This document shows positions 44,297 through 57,710 of a stretch of 64,000 nt of DNA, piece after piece. Source of the DNA: Planctomycetota bacterium (lineage in GTDB: Bacteria; Planctomycetota; UBA1135; UBA2386). Location of the stretch: positions 96,001-160,000 of the forward strand of contig OZ245006.1 in assembly GCA_965223545.1 (NCBI GenBank). Reading direction: 5' to 3'. Within the stretch, counting starts at the first letter, position 1; the number at the start of each line of letters is the position of its first letter. Below the pieces are notes generated by a model that saw nothing but the letters and a program-made list of their open reading frames with translations, was not told the origin of the DNA and ran no database searches. The position numbers and the translations under genes are program-made.

Positions 44297-45319
44297 ATGA
44301 GCGCTCCCTTCGACCCCGACGCGGCGGCAGCGGCGGACGCCGGCATCTTCGGGCTGCCGCATGACCGAGACCAGGCCGAGGTGATCCTCGTGCCGGCGCC
44401 GTACGACGCGACCACCTCGTATCGGCGGGGTACTGCAGCCGGGCCCGAAGCGGTGCGAGACGCCAGCCACCAGGTCGACCTGTTCGACCTGCAGACCGGT
44501 CACGCCTACCGGCGCGGCATCCATCTGCTCGACGACGATGGCGGCCTCGCCGCGCTCTCGGCGGCGACCCGCGCAGCCGTGGATTTGGCGACCGGGGAGC
44601 AGGGCACGGCGGCCGAACGCGCAGCGGCGATCGCCACCGCCGACGACGCCGGCGACCGCGTCAACGCGCACGTCGGCCGACACACCACCGCCACCCTGGC
44701 CGACGGCAAGCTGCCCGGCGTGCTGGGCGGCGACCACTCGGTGCCGTTCGCGGCCATCGCGGCGGTCGCGGCGGCGCACCCCGGCGTCGGCATCCTGCAC
44801 GTCGATGCCCACGCCGACCTGCGCCCCGCCTACCAGGGACTCCGCTGGAGCCACGCCTCGATCATGCACAACGTGCTCGACCGGATCGAAGGGGTGTCGC
44901 GGATCGTGCAGGTCGGCGTCCGCGACCTGAGCGGGGGTGAGATGCAGGCGATCGAGGCCAGTGGCGATCGCGTGATCACTCACTTCGACCTCGCGTGGCG
45001 CCGGCGACTGGCGGCGGGGGAGACCCCGATGGCGCTGTTCGACGAGGCCGTCGAGGCGCTGCCCGCCGAGGTCTACGTCAGCTTCGACATCGACGGCCTG
45101 CAGCCGGCACTGTGTCCCAACACCGGCACGCCGGTCCCAGGCGGTCTCGATTTCGGCGAAGCCTGTCTCCTGCTCGAGCGCCTGGTGCGGGCGGGCCGCC
45201 GCATCGTCGGCTTCGACCTGTGCGAAGTCGCGCCGGGACCGACTGGCCGCGAGCTCGACGCGCTGGTCGGCGCCCGGGTGCTGTACAAGCTGTGCGGCTT
45301 CGCGCTGCTGAGCCGCTGA
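44297..45319 (+). CDS. Agmatinase / ureohydrolase family protein
   Basis: PYD.TTSYR.G...GP, GGDHS, DAHAD, SFDIDG and TGTPVPGG. Confidence 0.93.
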   Translation: MSAPFDPDAAAAADAGIFGLPHDRDQAEVILVPAPYDATTSYRRGTAAGPEAVRDASHQVDLFDLQTGHAYRRGIHLLDDDGGLAALSAATRAAVDLATGEQGTAAERAAAIATADDAGDRVNAHVGRHTTATLADGKLPGVLGGDHSVPFAAIAAVAAAHPGVGILHVDAHADLRPAYQGLRWSHASIMHNVLDRIEGVSRIVQVGVRDLSGGEMQAIEASGDRVITHFDLAWRRRLAAGETPMALFDEAVEALPAEVYVSFDIDGLQPALCPNTGTPVPGGLDFGEACLLLERLVRAGRRIVGFDLCEVAPGPTGRELDALVGARVLYKLCGFALLSR

Positions 45320-45342
45320 CAGCGCGCTGCGGGCACGCGTGC

Positions 45343-48486
<3,144 letters not shown>

Positions 48487-48489
48487 CGT

Positions 48490-51400
48490 TCAGCTCCGGC
48501 GCTCGGTGAGCGAGTAGATGACGGGAATCACGACCAGCGTCAGCAGGGTCGACGACAGCAGGCCCGAGATCACCGTGACCGCCATCGGACCGCGCAGCTC
48601 GACGCCCTCGGTGCCGCCGCCGAGCACGGGCAGCGCGCCCAGCCAGCCGGTCAACGGCAGCAGACCGAGCACGGTCGTCGCCGTGGTCATCAGCACCGGG
48701 CGCAGGCGGGTCTGCGCGCCCCGCAGGATGGCCTCGTCGCGCGGCACGCCATCGGCGCGCAAGCGGTTGATCTGATCGAGCAGGATGATGGCATTGTTGA
48801 CGACGATGCCCGCCAGCACGATCGCGCCGAGGAACACGATCACCGACAGTGGGATGGTCAGCGCATCCAGGGTGAAGATGACGCCCACCAACGCCAGCGG
48901 CAGCGCGCACAGGATGATCAACGGTTGGCGCAGGCTCTCGAACTGGCTCGCCATCACGATGTAGACCAAGAACACCGCCAACAGCAGCGCCATCGACAGG
49001 CTCTGCGTCGACTGCTCGAGCTCCTCCTTCTGCCCGCCGAGCCGCACGTCGATGCCCCGCGGTAGATCCAGCGCGGCGAGGGCGTCCAATACGCGCTCCT
49101 GCGTCGTGCCCAGGTCGAAGCCGCGCAGCGTGGCCTGCACCTCCGCGCCGCGCAGGTTGCCGATGCGGCGGATCTCGCTGGGTCCCTCTTCCTGCACCAC
49201 CGACCCGACGGTGCGCAGCGGGATCTCGGGCCGGCCCGCGGGGTTGACGTTGAGCTGCATCAGCTCGCCGACGTGGCGCAGCTGCCGGCGGTCGAGGCGC
49301 ACGCGGATGTCGATCTTGCGTTCGCGCTCGGCGTAGCGGGTCGGCACGTCGCCCTGGATCTTGGCCCGCAGCACGTCGGTGACCGACTTGGGATCGAGGC
49401 CGACGGCGGCCAGCCGCTCGCGGTCGAAGCGCACGGCGAGCTCGGGGCTGCCGCGTTGCAGGCTGGAGCGCACCTCGCGCAGCCCCGGAACCTCAGCGAG
49501 CGCCGCGGCGACCGCGGCGGATGCCTGGCGCAGCAGAAGCAGATCCTCGCCCAACACCTCGACGACGAGCGGCGCCTCGAACGACAGCACGCTGGGGCGA
49601 GCGTAGCGGTGGGTGACTTCGGGCGTGCGGCGGATCACCGCGTCGATGTCGGCCCGCACACGCGCCTCCTGGGCCGGCCGATCGACCGCCGGACGCAGCT
49701 TGACCAGCAGGCGCGCCGAGTGTTCGCCCTCGTCCGAGTCGTTGAGCTCCTCGTCGTCCACCCCGGCAGCCAGGAAGGTCCGCTCCACGTCGGGCAGGGC
49801 GGCGACCGCGGTCTCGACGTCCGCCATCACCGCTGCCGTGCGCTCGACGGTCGACTTGCGCGGCAAGAACGCCTCGACGTAGAACTCGCCCTGGTGCACT
49901 TCCGGCAGCATCTCGTTGCCCAGGTGGGGGATCCGCGTGACTGCGACCGCGAGCAGCGCCAGTGCCGTCAGCACCACCAGGGCGCGCGCGCGGAGCGCTC
50001 CACTCAGCAGGCGCGGATAGCCGTGCTGCAGGCCTCGGTAGAGCCAGTCGAAGGCGGTGGCAAACGGCCACAAGATCAGCTCGAGCAAGACCGCGACGAG
50101 CCCCGCGAACAACAGGAGCGCGCGCAGGCCCACGGTCGCGATCCGCGTCAGCAGCGCCGCCACGCCGCGGCCCACCAGCTGTGGCAACGCCAGCGGCAGC
50201 GCTAGCCAACGTGGCGCACCCGCCGGCCGGTGGGCGTCGGGCGCACGCGGCGGCGGCGGTGGCGGCGCACCGGCGCGTCCGGCCCCGCGGCTGGCCAGCA
50301 TCGGAATCACGAACAGGGCGACCAGCAGCGACATCAGCAGCGAGTACACCACCGTCAGTGCTTGGTCGCGGAACAGCTGGCCGGCGACGCCCTCGACGAA
50401 GACGATGGGAAAGAACACCGCCACGGTGGTGAGCGTCGAGGCGATCACCGCGGTCGCCACCCGGCGCACGCCGGTCACCGCGGCCGCCGCCACTGCCAAT
50501 CCCTCCTCGCGGGCGCGGGCGATCGACTCCAACACGACGATCGAGTTGTCGACCAGCATGCCGATGCCGAGCGCGAGACCGCCGAGGGACATGATGTTGA
50601 GGTCGATGTCGGAGACGAACATCGGCGCGAACGTCGCCACCACGCTGACCGGGATGGACACCGCGAGAATCGCGGTCGCACTGAGTCGACGCAGGAACAG
50701 GTAGAGCACGGCGATGGCGAACAGGCCGCCCTTGACGGCGCTGCCGAGGACGTCGTCGACCGCGTTCTCGATGAAGCGGGACTGGTCCTGCAAGGTGTCC
50801 ACCTGCACGCCGAGGGGGCCCAGAGCAAAGCCGAGGTAGTCGGTCTTGGCGCGCACTTCGCGGGCGGCGGCGAAGGCAGCCGCCCGTGCATCCTGCTCGA
50901 CCGTCTCGCTGTCCGCGCGGGCGCGCGCGCGCTGGGCAGCACGGGCCTCGGCGTCGAGGTGCGTGCCGGCGGCGACGTAGGCCTGCTGGTCGGCGTCTCC
51001 GTACAGTCGGTCGCGCACCGCGGCACACAGCGCGACGATGTTGGCGGTGGCCTCCTTGTAGACGTCGATGAGCACCGCGGGCTGGCCGCCGACGATGCTG
51101 ACCACTTGCTTGTCCGCCGCAGCGCGGCGCACGTCCGCCACCTGGCCGAGCCGGATCGACGCCTCGCCCCGGCGTTCGAGCACGATCTGCTCGATCGTCT
51201 CCACCGACGTGAACTCGCCGATGAGGCGCACGAGATACTGGGTCTTGCCCTCCTCGACCGCGCCCGACGCCGCGTTGACGTTCTCCGCCGCGAGCCGCTG
51301 GCCGACCGTCGCCACGTCGATGCCGAACAGCGCCAGAGCGCGGTCGTCGAGCGAGATGCGGATCTCCTCCTCGTCACCGCCGCGCACCTTGACCGCCGCG

Positions 51401-51918
51401 ACCCCCTCGATCTCCGCCAGCTCGCGTTCGACCTCTTCTTCGGCGATCCGCCGCAGCGCGGTTCCCTCGAGCTCGCCGAACAACCCGACGGTCATCACCG
51501 GGTCCAGGCTGGGGTCGTAGCGCAGCACCAGCGGGGCCTCGGCCTCGTCGGGCAGCTGCACGCGATCGAGCCGGTCGCGGATGTCCGACATGGCGAACAC
51601 CATCTGCGTGCCCCACTCGAACTCGAGCACGACGTCGCTGACCTCCGGCCGGCTGACCGAGACCACGCGGCGCACGCCCGAGATCACCGACACCGACTCT
51701 TGGATGCGCTCGCTGACGCGCTCCTCGACGTCGCGGGGGCTGGCGCCGGGGTAGGCGGTGCGCACCGTCACGGTCGGATAGGAGATGTCCGGCAGCAGGT
51801 TGACGGGCAAGCGGTAGAGCCCGACCAAACCGAACACCACGGCGGCGGCGATGACCATGCCGATCGCCACCGGCCTGCGGGCGGTGAAGTCGAAGAGCGA
51901 ACGGTCCGCGCCGGCCAC
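48490..51918 (-). CDS. RND efflux transporter permease (AcrB/D/F family), first subunit
   Basis: 1142 aa; RRPV, LP..L.PDI.YP, YPGASP, GMLVDNSIVVLE, GIVVNNAI and RLRPVLMT. Confidence 0.95.
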   Translation of the reverse strand: MAGADRSLFDFTARRPVAIGMVIAAAVVFGLVGLYRLPVNLLPDISYPTVTVRTAYPGASPRDVEERVSERIQESVSVISGVRRVVSVSRPEVSDVVLEFEWGTQMVFAMSDIRDRLDRVQLPDEAEAPLVLRYDPSLDPVMTVGLFGELEGTALRRIAEEEVERELAEIEGVAAVKVRGGDEEEIRISLDDRALALFGIDVATVGQRLAAENVNAASGAVEEGKTQYLVRLIGEFTSVETIEQIVLERRGEASIRLGQVADVRRAAADKQVVSIVGGQPAVLIDVYKEATANIVALCAAVRDRLYGDADQQAYVAAGTHLDAEARAAQRARARADSETVEQDARAAAFAAAREVRAKTDYLGFALGPLGVQVDTLQDQSRFIENAVDDVLGSAVKGGLFAIAVLYLFLRRLSATAILAVSIPVSVVATFAPMFVSDIDLNIMSLGGLALGIGMLVDNSIVVLESIARAREEGLAVAAAAVTGVRRVATAVIASTLTTVAVFFPIVFVEGVAGQLFRDQALTVVYSLLMSLLVALFVIPMLASRGAGRAGAPPPPPPRAPDAHRPAGAPRWLALPLALPQLVGRGVAALLTRIATVGLRALLLFAGLVAVLLELILWPFATAFDWLYRGLQHGYPRLLSGALRARALVVLTALALLAVAVTRIPHLGNEMLPEVHQGEFYVEAFLPRKSTVERTAAVMADVETAVAALPDVERTFLAAGVDDEELNDSDEGEHSARLLVKLRPAVDRPAQEARVRADIDAVIRRTPEVTHRYARPSVLSFEAPLVVEVLGEDLLLLRQASAAVAAALAEVPGLREVRSSLQRGSPELAVRFDRERLAAVGLDPKSVTDVLRAKIQGDVPTRYAERERKIDIRVRLDRRQLRHVGELMQLNVNPAGRPEIPLRTVGSVVQEEGPSEIRRIGNLRGAEVQATLRGFDLGTTQERVLDALAALDLPRGIDVRLGGQKEELEQSTQSLSMALLLAVFLVYIVMASQFESLRQPLIILCALPLALVGVIFTLDALTIPLSVIVFLGAIVLAGIVVNNAIILLDQINRLRADGVPRDEAILRGAQTRLRPVLMTTATTVLGLLPLTGWLGALPVLGGGTEGVELRGPMAVTVISGLLSSTLLTLVVIPVIYSLTERRS

Positions 51919-53151
51919 TCAGGCCTCGCCGACTTCGACCGGATCCTGGTCGCGCAGGTCGTCCTGGCCGGCGGTGATCACCGCCTCGCCGGGCTGCAGA
52001 TCGCCATCGCCGTCGGTGCGGCACTCGACGAAGTTCTCCTGCTCCAAGCCCAGATCCAACACCACGCGGACCGCCCTGCCGTCGCGCACGACGAACACGA
52101 TCGCCTGGTCGCCGTCGTTGAGGATCGCCGTCTTCGGCACCATCAGCGCCATGCGCTCGGACTCGGCCAGGATCGCCAGGTTGATGAACATGCCCGGGCG
52201 CAGCAAAGAGGTGTCCGTCTCCCGCACCCGCATGCGGATCTGGAATTGACCGGTCTCCCGGTCGACGACCGGCAGGATCTGCTCGATGTCGCCGATGAAC
52301 TCGCGCTCCGGATAGGCGCTCGGAGTGAACAGCACCGACTCGGCGTCGCGCACCAACGGCAGCTCGTCCTGTGGGCGGCCGATGTAGCAGACCAGCTCGG
52401 TCAGGTCGACGACCCGGGCCAGCGGAGTCGCCGTGCTCACCGCCTCGCCGACGTCGACCGGCAGCTCGGCGACGACGCCGTCGAACGGTGCGGTGATGCG
52501 GTGCTCGGTGAGCCGCGCCCGCGATTCGTCGAGCCGCGCCTCGGACTCGGCGATGTTGTTCTGCGCGGCCTCGGCGTCGAGCACGGCCTTGGCGGCGTTG
52601 AACCCGGCCACCCGCAATGCCTCTTCCCGCGACTTCCACTCGAACTCGGCGTCCTCGAGTGCCTTGCGCGACACGCTGTCGGGATCCTGGCCTGCAAGCC
52701 GGCGGTACTCGGCCTCGGCGCGGTCGCGGTCGATCTCGGCTTGCACGACGCGGCGCTTGGCGGCGTCGACCTCGAGGTCGGCCAGCTTGGCCTGCACGCG
52801 CCGGTCTTGCAGCTGGATCTCGACCTGCTGCCGTGCCGCCACCGCCTCGGTGTCATCCAGCTGCAAGAGCAGGTCACCGTGGCGGACCCTGCCGCCCTCG
52901 GAGACCGCGATCTCCCGCACGCGGCCGGCGACCTTGGACAGCACGACCACGTCGCGCTCCGCCTCGAGATAGCCGGTCGTTTCGATCTGCCGGCGGATCG
53001 ACTGCTGGGTCAAGGTCTCGACGCGCACCAAGGGCGGGCGCTTGGACTCGGGCTGGTCGCTGTCGGCGGCGCGGGCCGCGCCACGCTGGCAACCGACCGT
53101 GACGGCGGTGGTGGCGACCAGCAGCAGTAGCAGCGGGCAGGAGTTCGGCAT
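51919..53151 (-). CDS. RND periplasmic adaptor (membrane fusion protein)
   Basis: Lipobox-like VGC; GRV....V.EG..V..GDLL..LD; coiled-coil hairpin; I.APFDGVV; LRPGMF. Confidence 0.93.
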   Translation of the reverse strand: MPNSCPLLLLLVATTAVTVGCQRGAARAADSDQPESKRPPLVRVETLTQQSIRRQIETTGYLEAERDVVVLSKVAGRVREIAVSEGGRVRHGDLLLQLDDTEAVAARQQVEIQLQDRRVQAKLADLEVDAAKRRVVQAEIDRDRAEAEYRRLAGQDPDSVSRKALEDAEFEWKSREEALRVAGFNAAKAVLDAEAAQNNIAESEARLDESRARLTEHRITAPFDGVVAELPVDVGEAVSTATPLARVVDLTELVCYIGRPQDELPLVRDAESVLFTPSAYPEREFIGDIEQILPVVDRETGQFQIRMRVRETDTSLLRPGMFINLAILAESERMALMVPKTAILNDGDQAIVFVVRDGRAVRVVLDLGLEQENFVECRTDGDGDLQPGEAVITAGQDDLRDQDPVEVGEA

Positions 53152-53354
53152 GAGGCGCGGAGGGGGGACCCGGGAGCGACAATGGAACGTGGCCAATCGG
53201 CCCGACACTATGTCTCCTCGGTTCACCTTCGGCCAGCGGTGGAGCAATCCCGTCCATTGCCCGCAGCGCGCGCGACCTTCGCCCGGCCCGCAGGAACCGG
53301 TTTTTGCCGGCGAGGAGTGCATCGCGACCGGCGCGGCGGCATGGTGCCGTCAGC

Positions 53355-54593
53355 ATGGCAACACCGATCTCGCTCGCGGAGGCCGAGGCGTTCGTCGAAG
53401 GCGCCGTGGCCAGCCCTCTCGGCCAGGAGAGGGTGGGCCTGGCCGACGCGCTCGGCCGGCGTTTGGCGGCCGACCAGCGCACCGACGGGCCCTGGCCCAG
53501 CACCGACCGCTCGGCGATGGACGGCTTCGCGCTGTGCGCTGGCGCCGCCGGGCTCGGCGCCGGCACCGCGATGCCCATCGTCGGTGAGGCGATGGCCGGC
53601 CATCCGTTCGACGGAGAGGTCGGGCCCGGCCAGGCGGTCCGGATCATGACCGGCGCGGTGGTGCCGGCCGGCGCCGACGCGGTCGTACCGGTGGAGAACA
53701 CCACTGGTTACGACCGCTCGCCGGTCGAGCTGCAGCGCGCCGTCCATGCCGGCGACAACATCCGGCCGTGCGGCTCCGAGGTGGCCGCGCACAGTGTCGT
53801 TTTGCAGCGCGGATGCCGACTGCGCGCGGCGGAAATCGGGGTCCTCGCCGTGCTCGGCGTCGAGCAGGTGCCGGTGTATCGCCGCCCGGTGGTGGGCATC
53901 GTCGCCACCGGTGACGAGGTGGTGCCGATCGGGGCCGCGCCGTTGCCGCACCAGGTGCGGGACAGCAACAGCTACGCGCTCGCCGCCCAGGTGGCCGAGA
54001 CCGGCGCCGTCGCCCGCCGTCTCGGCGTCGCCCCCGACGTCGAGGCGCCGTTGCGCGAGTTCCTGGCCGACGCCCTGCGCGGGGTCGACGTGCTGCTGAC
54101 CATCGGCGGCGTCTCGAAGGGAACCGCCGATCTGGTGCACGGCTGTCTCGCCGCGCTCCAGGTCGAGCGCCACTTCCACGGGATCGCGCTCAAGCCCGGC
54201 AAGCCGACGTTCTTCGGCACCTGGGAATCGGCCGGCACGCCGCGGTTCGTCTTCGGTCTGCCCGGCAACCCGGCGTCGTGCTTCACGGTGTTCGATCTCC
54301 TGGTGGCGCCGTTGCTGGCCCGCCTGATGGGCGCCACCGGCAGCAACGCCCGTCACCGCGGACCGCTGGCGGGCGCGCCGCAGCGGCGCAACTGGCGGGC
54401 GCAAGCGGTGCCTGCCCGGCGGGGCGCCGACGGGGCTCCCGGCTCCTTCGAAGCCTTGCCGCTCGGCCCCAGCGGCGACCCCTTCGCGCTGGCGCACGCC
54501 GACGGCTACGTCCTGTTGCCGGCCGATCGCGAGCCGGTCGCCGGTGAGCCCGTCGCCTTCGCCCCCTACGCGGGGGGCCCGCGCGACGCATGA
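53355..54593 (+). CDS. moeA: Molybdopterin molybdenumtransferase
   Basis: SAMDGFA, RIMTGA.VP.GADAVV.VE, TGDE, DSN, GGVS.G..D, KPGKP and GLPGNP. Confidence 0.96.
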   Translation: MATPISLAEAEAFVEGAVASPLGQERVGLADALGRRLAADQRTDGPWPSTDRSAMDGFALCAGAAGLGAGTAMPIVGEAMAGHPFDGEVGPGQAVRIMTGAVVPAGADAVVPVENTTGYDRSPVELQRAVHAGDNIRPCGSEVAAHSVVLQRGCRLRAAEIGVLAVLGVEQVPVYRRPVVGIVATGDEVVPIGAAPLPHQVRDSNSYALAAQVAETGAVARRLGVAPDVEAPLREFLADALRGVDVLLTIGGVSKGTADLVHGCLAALQVERHFHGIALKPGKPTFFGTWESAGTPRFVFGLPGNPASCFTVFDLLVAPLLARLMGATGSNARHRGPLAGAPQRRNWRAQAVPARRGADGAPGSFEALPLGPSGDPFALAHADGYVLLPADREPVAGEPVAFAPYAGGPRDA

Positions 54594-56116
54594 GGCTCGT
54601 GGCCCCTCTGCTCGTGGGCGCGGCGCTCGGCGCCGCGACGCCACCGGCCCTGGTGCCGAGCGGGGGCCTGCTGGTCTGGCCCGCGCTGATGGGGCTGTAC
54701 GCGCTGGCGCGACGCGGCGAGGGGGCTGCCCGGGCGTGCTACCTGGCCGGCGCGATCCACGTGGCGGTGTTCTCGCTCTCGCTGCGGCACGTCTCCTGGC
54801 TGTTCTTCGTCGCCGTCACCCTGGTCGGCGGTCTCTACTACGCGCTGATCGCCGGCGTCGTGCGCCGCCGGCCGGCGTGGCTGTGGCCGCCGCTCGCGTT
54901 CGCCCTGGCCTTGGCCGCCACCCAGCGGCTGCGGGCAGTGATGCCGGAGATCTACTACCCGCACGGTCAGCCCGCGCACTGTCTCTACGAGTGGCTGGCC
55001 CTGCTCGGGCCGGTGCCGTGGGGCGGCACGGTGTTGCTCAACGCGGTGCTCGGCTTCACCGCGGCGGCCTTGCTCGAAGCGCTGCGCGGCCGCGGCGCGG
55101 GGCGCCGGCGCGCGGTGATCGCGGCAGCGGCGGCGGCCGGCGTGCACCTGGCGTCGGGGTTGTGGTGCCCGCGCGCCGAGGCATCCGCCGGCAGCGTGCG
55201 CATCACCGCGCTCGAACCCGGTCTGGGGCCGCTCTACGCGGCCAACCCCGACGTCGCCGAGACCGTCCATCAGAGGTTGGTGGTGCCCACCGCGCTGAGC
55301 GCCCGGCAGCAGCCGCCGCCCGACCTGGTGCTGTGGCCCGAGAGCACGTTCTTCTACGCGTTCGTGCGCGAGTCCGGCAGCGGCTGGACCCTCGACCCCG
55401 CCTGGCGGCCGCCGATCGCGAAGGACACTCGGCTGGTGGCCGGCACCAGCGCGCGGTTCGGCAGCGGAGACGAGCTGCGCGACGTGCCCGCCGCGCTCGT
55501 CATCGACCACAGCGGTGCCGTGCTCGGCAGCTACGAGAAGCGGCGGCTGGTGCCGTTCGGCGAGTTCATTCCGTTGGCCGGGCTGCTGCCGCGGTCCGTG
55601 CATCGCCAGCTGTTGGACTACGCCGTCCGGGTGTTCGGCACCGCTCCCGGCTGCTCTCCGGGCCGGCGGCATCCCCTGCCGGCGACGGCCGGCGGCGTGC
55701 CGTTCGGCGTGCTGATGTGCTACGACAACGCGTTTCCGGAGATCGCCGAAGAGCAGGTCGCCGCCGGCGCGCGGGTGTTGGTCGTGCTCAGCAACGAGGC
55801 CTGGTTTCGGCGGGGCGGCGAGCTCGAGCAAATGCACGCACACACGGTGTTCCGCGCCTTGGAGACGAGCACCCCCCTGGTGCGGTCCACCCTGGATGGC
55901 CCGACGCTGGCGGTCGGGGCGGACGGCCGCCTGCTCGGCGTGCTCCCCTGGATCGATGCGCCGCGCGCGCCGCGCCAACTCGAGGTCGACGTCGCGCTGG
56001 GGCCGGGCGTGGCCTCGCCCATGGCATGGCCGCGCACGATCCTGCGATGGGCGATCCTCGCGGTGCTCCTGATCCCCGCGTGGCACCGGCTCCGATTCCG
56101 AGCTAGACTCGCTTAG
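54590..56116 (+). CDS. lnt: Apolipoprotein N-acyltransferase
   Basis: N-terminal TM region; nitrilase-fold triad WPES, K..LVPFGE and CYD; SNEAWF; RALE. Confidence 0.92.
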   Translation: MRLVAPLLVGAALGAATPPALVPSGGLLVWPALMGLYALARRGEGAARACYLAGAIHVAVFSLSLRHVSWLFFVAVTLVGGLYYALIAGVVRRRPAWLWPPLAFALALAATQRLRAVMPEIYYPHGQPAHCLYEWLALLGPVPWGGTVLLNAVLGFTAAALLEALRGRGAGRRRAVIAAAAAAGVHLASGLWCPRAEASAGSVRITALEPGLGPLYAANPDVAETVHQRLVVPTALSARQQPPPDLVLWPESTFFYAFVRESGSGWTLDPAWRPPIAKDTRLVAGTSARFGSGDELRDVPAALVIDHSGAVLGSYEKRRLVPFGEFIPLAGLLPRSVHRQLLDYAVRVFGTAPGCSPGRRHPLPATAGGVPFGVLMCYDNAFPEIAEEQVAAGARVLVVLSNEAWFRRGGELEQMHAHTVFRALETSTPLVRSTLDGPTLAVGADGRLLGVLPWIDAPRAPRQLEVDVALGPGVASPMAWPRTILRWAILAVLLIPAWHRLRFRARLA

Positions 56117-56173
56117 ACCCGTCGTTTCCGAGGTGGCCCCGAACCGGGACCCGCATCGGGGTCGGCCAGTCAC

Positions 56174-56201
56174 TTGACGAGCAGCCACAAGCAGTTAGGA
56201 T
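56174..56201 (+). promoter_or_regulatory. Putative sigma70-type promoter
   Basis: TTGACG-N16-TAGGAT about 160 nt upstream of the 56365 ATG. Confidence 0.55.
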
Positions 56202-56364
56202 GCGCCGCCCAGAGGACTTGACCCGGGTGGTGGCCCTCGCTGCCCGGACCTGCCCGGATGGTGACGACTCGACCCGGCGACAGCCCTAGATGCCGTTCTC
56301 GGCTCGACTTAGCCCTCCGCAACCCCAAGGCCCGGCGTAATCCCTGTTAGGAGTCTCTCCCACG

Positions 56365-57225
56365 ATGAGTGCAATCGGTCGCGTCTTTATTGTCCTGAAT
56401 CTCGTCCTCGCGGCAGCGTTCGTGGGGTTCGCCGGGACGTTCCTCCAGCGGCACACCGACTACAAAGCCAAGTTCGACGCCGCGACGACGTCCGCCGCCG
56501 AGGCGGCGACCGCCGCAGCGGCCCAGTTCGACGCGAAGGTCGCCGAGCTGCGTGACGTCGACCGCGAGCTGCGCGCGCAGAAGTCGCTGTTCGACCGCGC
56601 CGATGGCGACAACAAGGCGCTGCGCGCCGAGAACGCGCAGCTGACGGCGCAGCTGGCCGACCTGGCCGGCGACGTCAAGAACATCAGCTCGCAGACCACC
56701 ACCATGGCGCAGGAGATCGAGCGCTCCCGCGAGCAGAGCAAGCAGGCCTACGACCTGGCGGTCGGCGCCGATCGCGAGAAGGCGTCCGCGCTCGACGAGC
56801 GCGAGAGCGCGCTGACCCAGCTCGCCGAAGTCGAGCGGCAGATGGAGCAGCTGCGCGACACGTTGGCGCAGACCAACGCCCGCCTCGCCGAGGCCCAGCA
56901 GGCCAAGCAAGAGGCCGACGTGATGGTGGCGATGTTCAAGAGCGCCTACCCCGGCATCGTCGAGGCGGTCACGCCCGACTTCGGCGGTGTGGTGCACCAA
57001 GTCGACAACGCCAACACGCTGCTGACCGTGCGTGTCACCGACAACCCGGGCTCGCTGGAAGTCAAGCCGGGCTACTCGTTCGCGATCTTCGACGAGGATC
57101 TCTACAAGGGCGAGGCCATCGTGCAGGCGACCGAGGGCGAGTTCGCGTTCTGCCGGATGTCGAAGCGCCGTGAAGGTGCCTCGATCTCGATCGGCGACCG
57201 CGCCCGCACCAACCTGACCCAGTAG
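56365..57225 (+). CDS. Membrane-anchored long coiled-coil protein with C-terminal beta domain
   Basis: AGGAG RBS; N-terminal TM (GRVFIVLNLVLAAAFVGF); a long heptad-rich helical region; beta-rich tail ending IGD.A.T.L; strongly biased codons. Confidence 0.85.
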   Translation: MSAIGRVFIVLNLVLAAAFVGFAGTFLQRHTDYKAKFDAATTSAAEAATAAAAQFDAKVAELRDVDRELRAQKSLFDRADGDNKALRAENAQLTAQLADLAGDVKNISSQTTTMAQEIERSREQSKQAYDLAVGADREKASALDERESALTQLAEVERQMEQLRDTLAQTNARLAEAQQAKQEADVMVAMFKSAYPGIVEAVTPDFGGVVHQVDNANTLLTVRVTDNPGSLEVKPGYSFAIFDEDLYKGEAIVQATEGEFAFCRMSKRREGASISIGDRARTNLTQ

Positions 57226-57235
57226 GAGCAACGCC

Positions 57236-57412
57236 ATGGCAGCCCGAAAGAACAAAGCGGCTCCGCGACGCGCTGCGGCGCAAGTCGAGGCGGTCGAAGA
57301 GGTCAAGACCGGCGGCATGAACATCGACGATGGCATCGTGCTGACCACTTTCCTGCTCCTCGCTGGAGCAGTCGCTCTCGCGTATCTCGCTCTCGGCAAC
57401 TACCCCGCCTAG
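57236..57412 (+). CDS. 58-aa small protein with basic N-terminus and C-terminal TM helix
   Basis: AGGAG RBS 7 nt before ATG; MAARKNKAAPRRAAAQVEAVEEVKTGGMNIDDGIVLTTFLLLAGAVALAYLALGNYPA. Not listed in the ORF track. Confidence 0.75.
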   Translation: MAARKNKAAPRRAAAQVEAVEEVKTGGMNIDDGIVLTTFLLLAGAVALAYLALGNYPA

Positions 57413-57474
57413 CCCTGGCGGCGGAGTAGTACGGGCCTTGGGCAACGACCCCGCCTGACGCGGGGCGAGCCATT

Positions 57475-57505
57475 GCGGCGCTGCGCAGCAGCGCCGCTCG
57501 CTTTT
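57475..57505 (+). terminator. Putative intrinsic terminator
   Basis: GCGGCGCTGC-GCA-GCAGCGCCGC stem followed by TCGCTTTT. Confidence 0.5.
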
Positions 57506-57710
57506 GCGAAGGCGTGATTTGGTTTCCATCCGCGGGGACCGACGCTACCTTTGCGTCCCGGAGCCACCCGCGGCGCCCGGGGTCGACTGACGGCTCCTCC
57601 GCGGGGAGGGTCCCGTGCGCTCGCCGGCCGAAGACGCGGTTACCCCGGGAGCGTCGCGTGCCCGGTGGCGGTTTCCGCACCAAGTCTCGTCTGTCGAACG
57701 CGGAGGGGTG

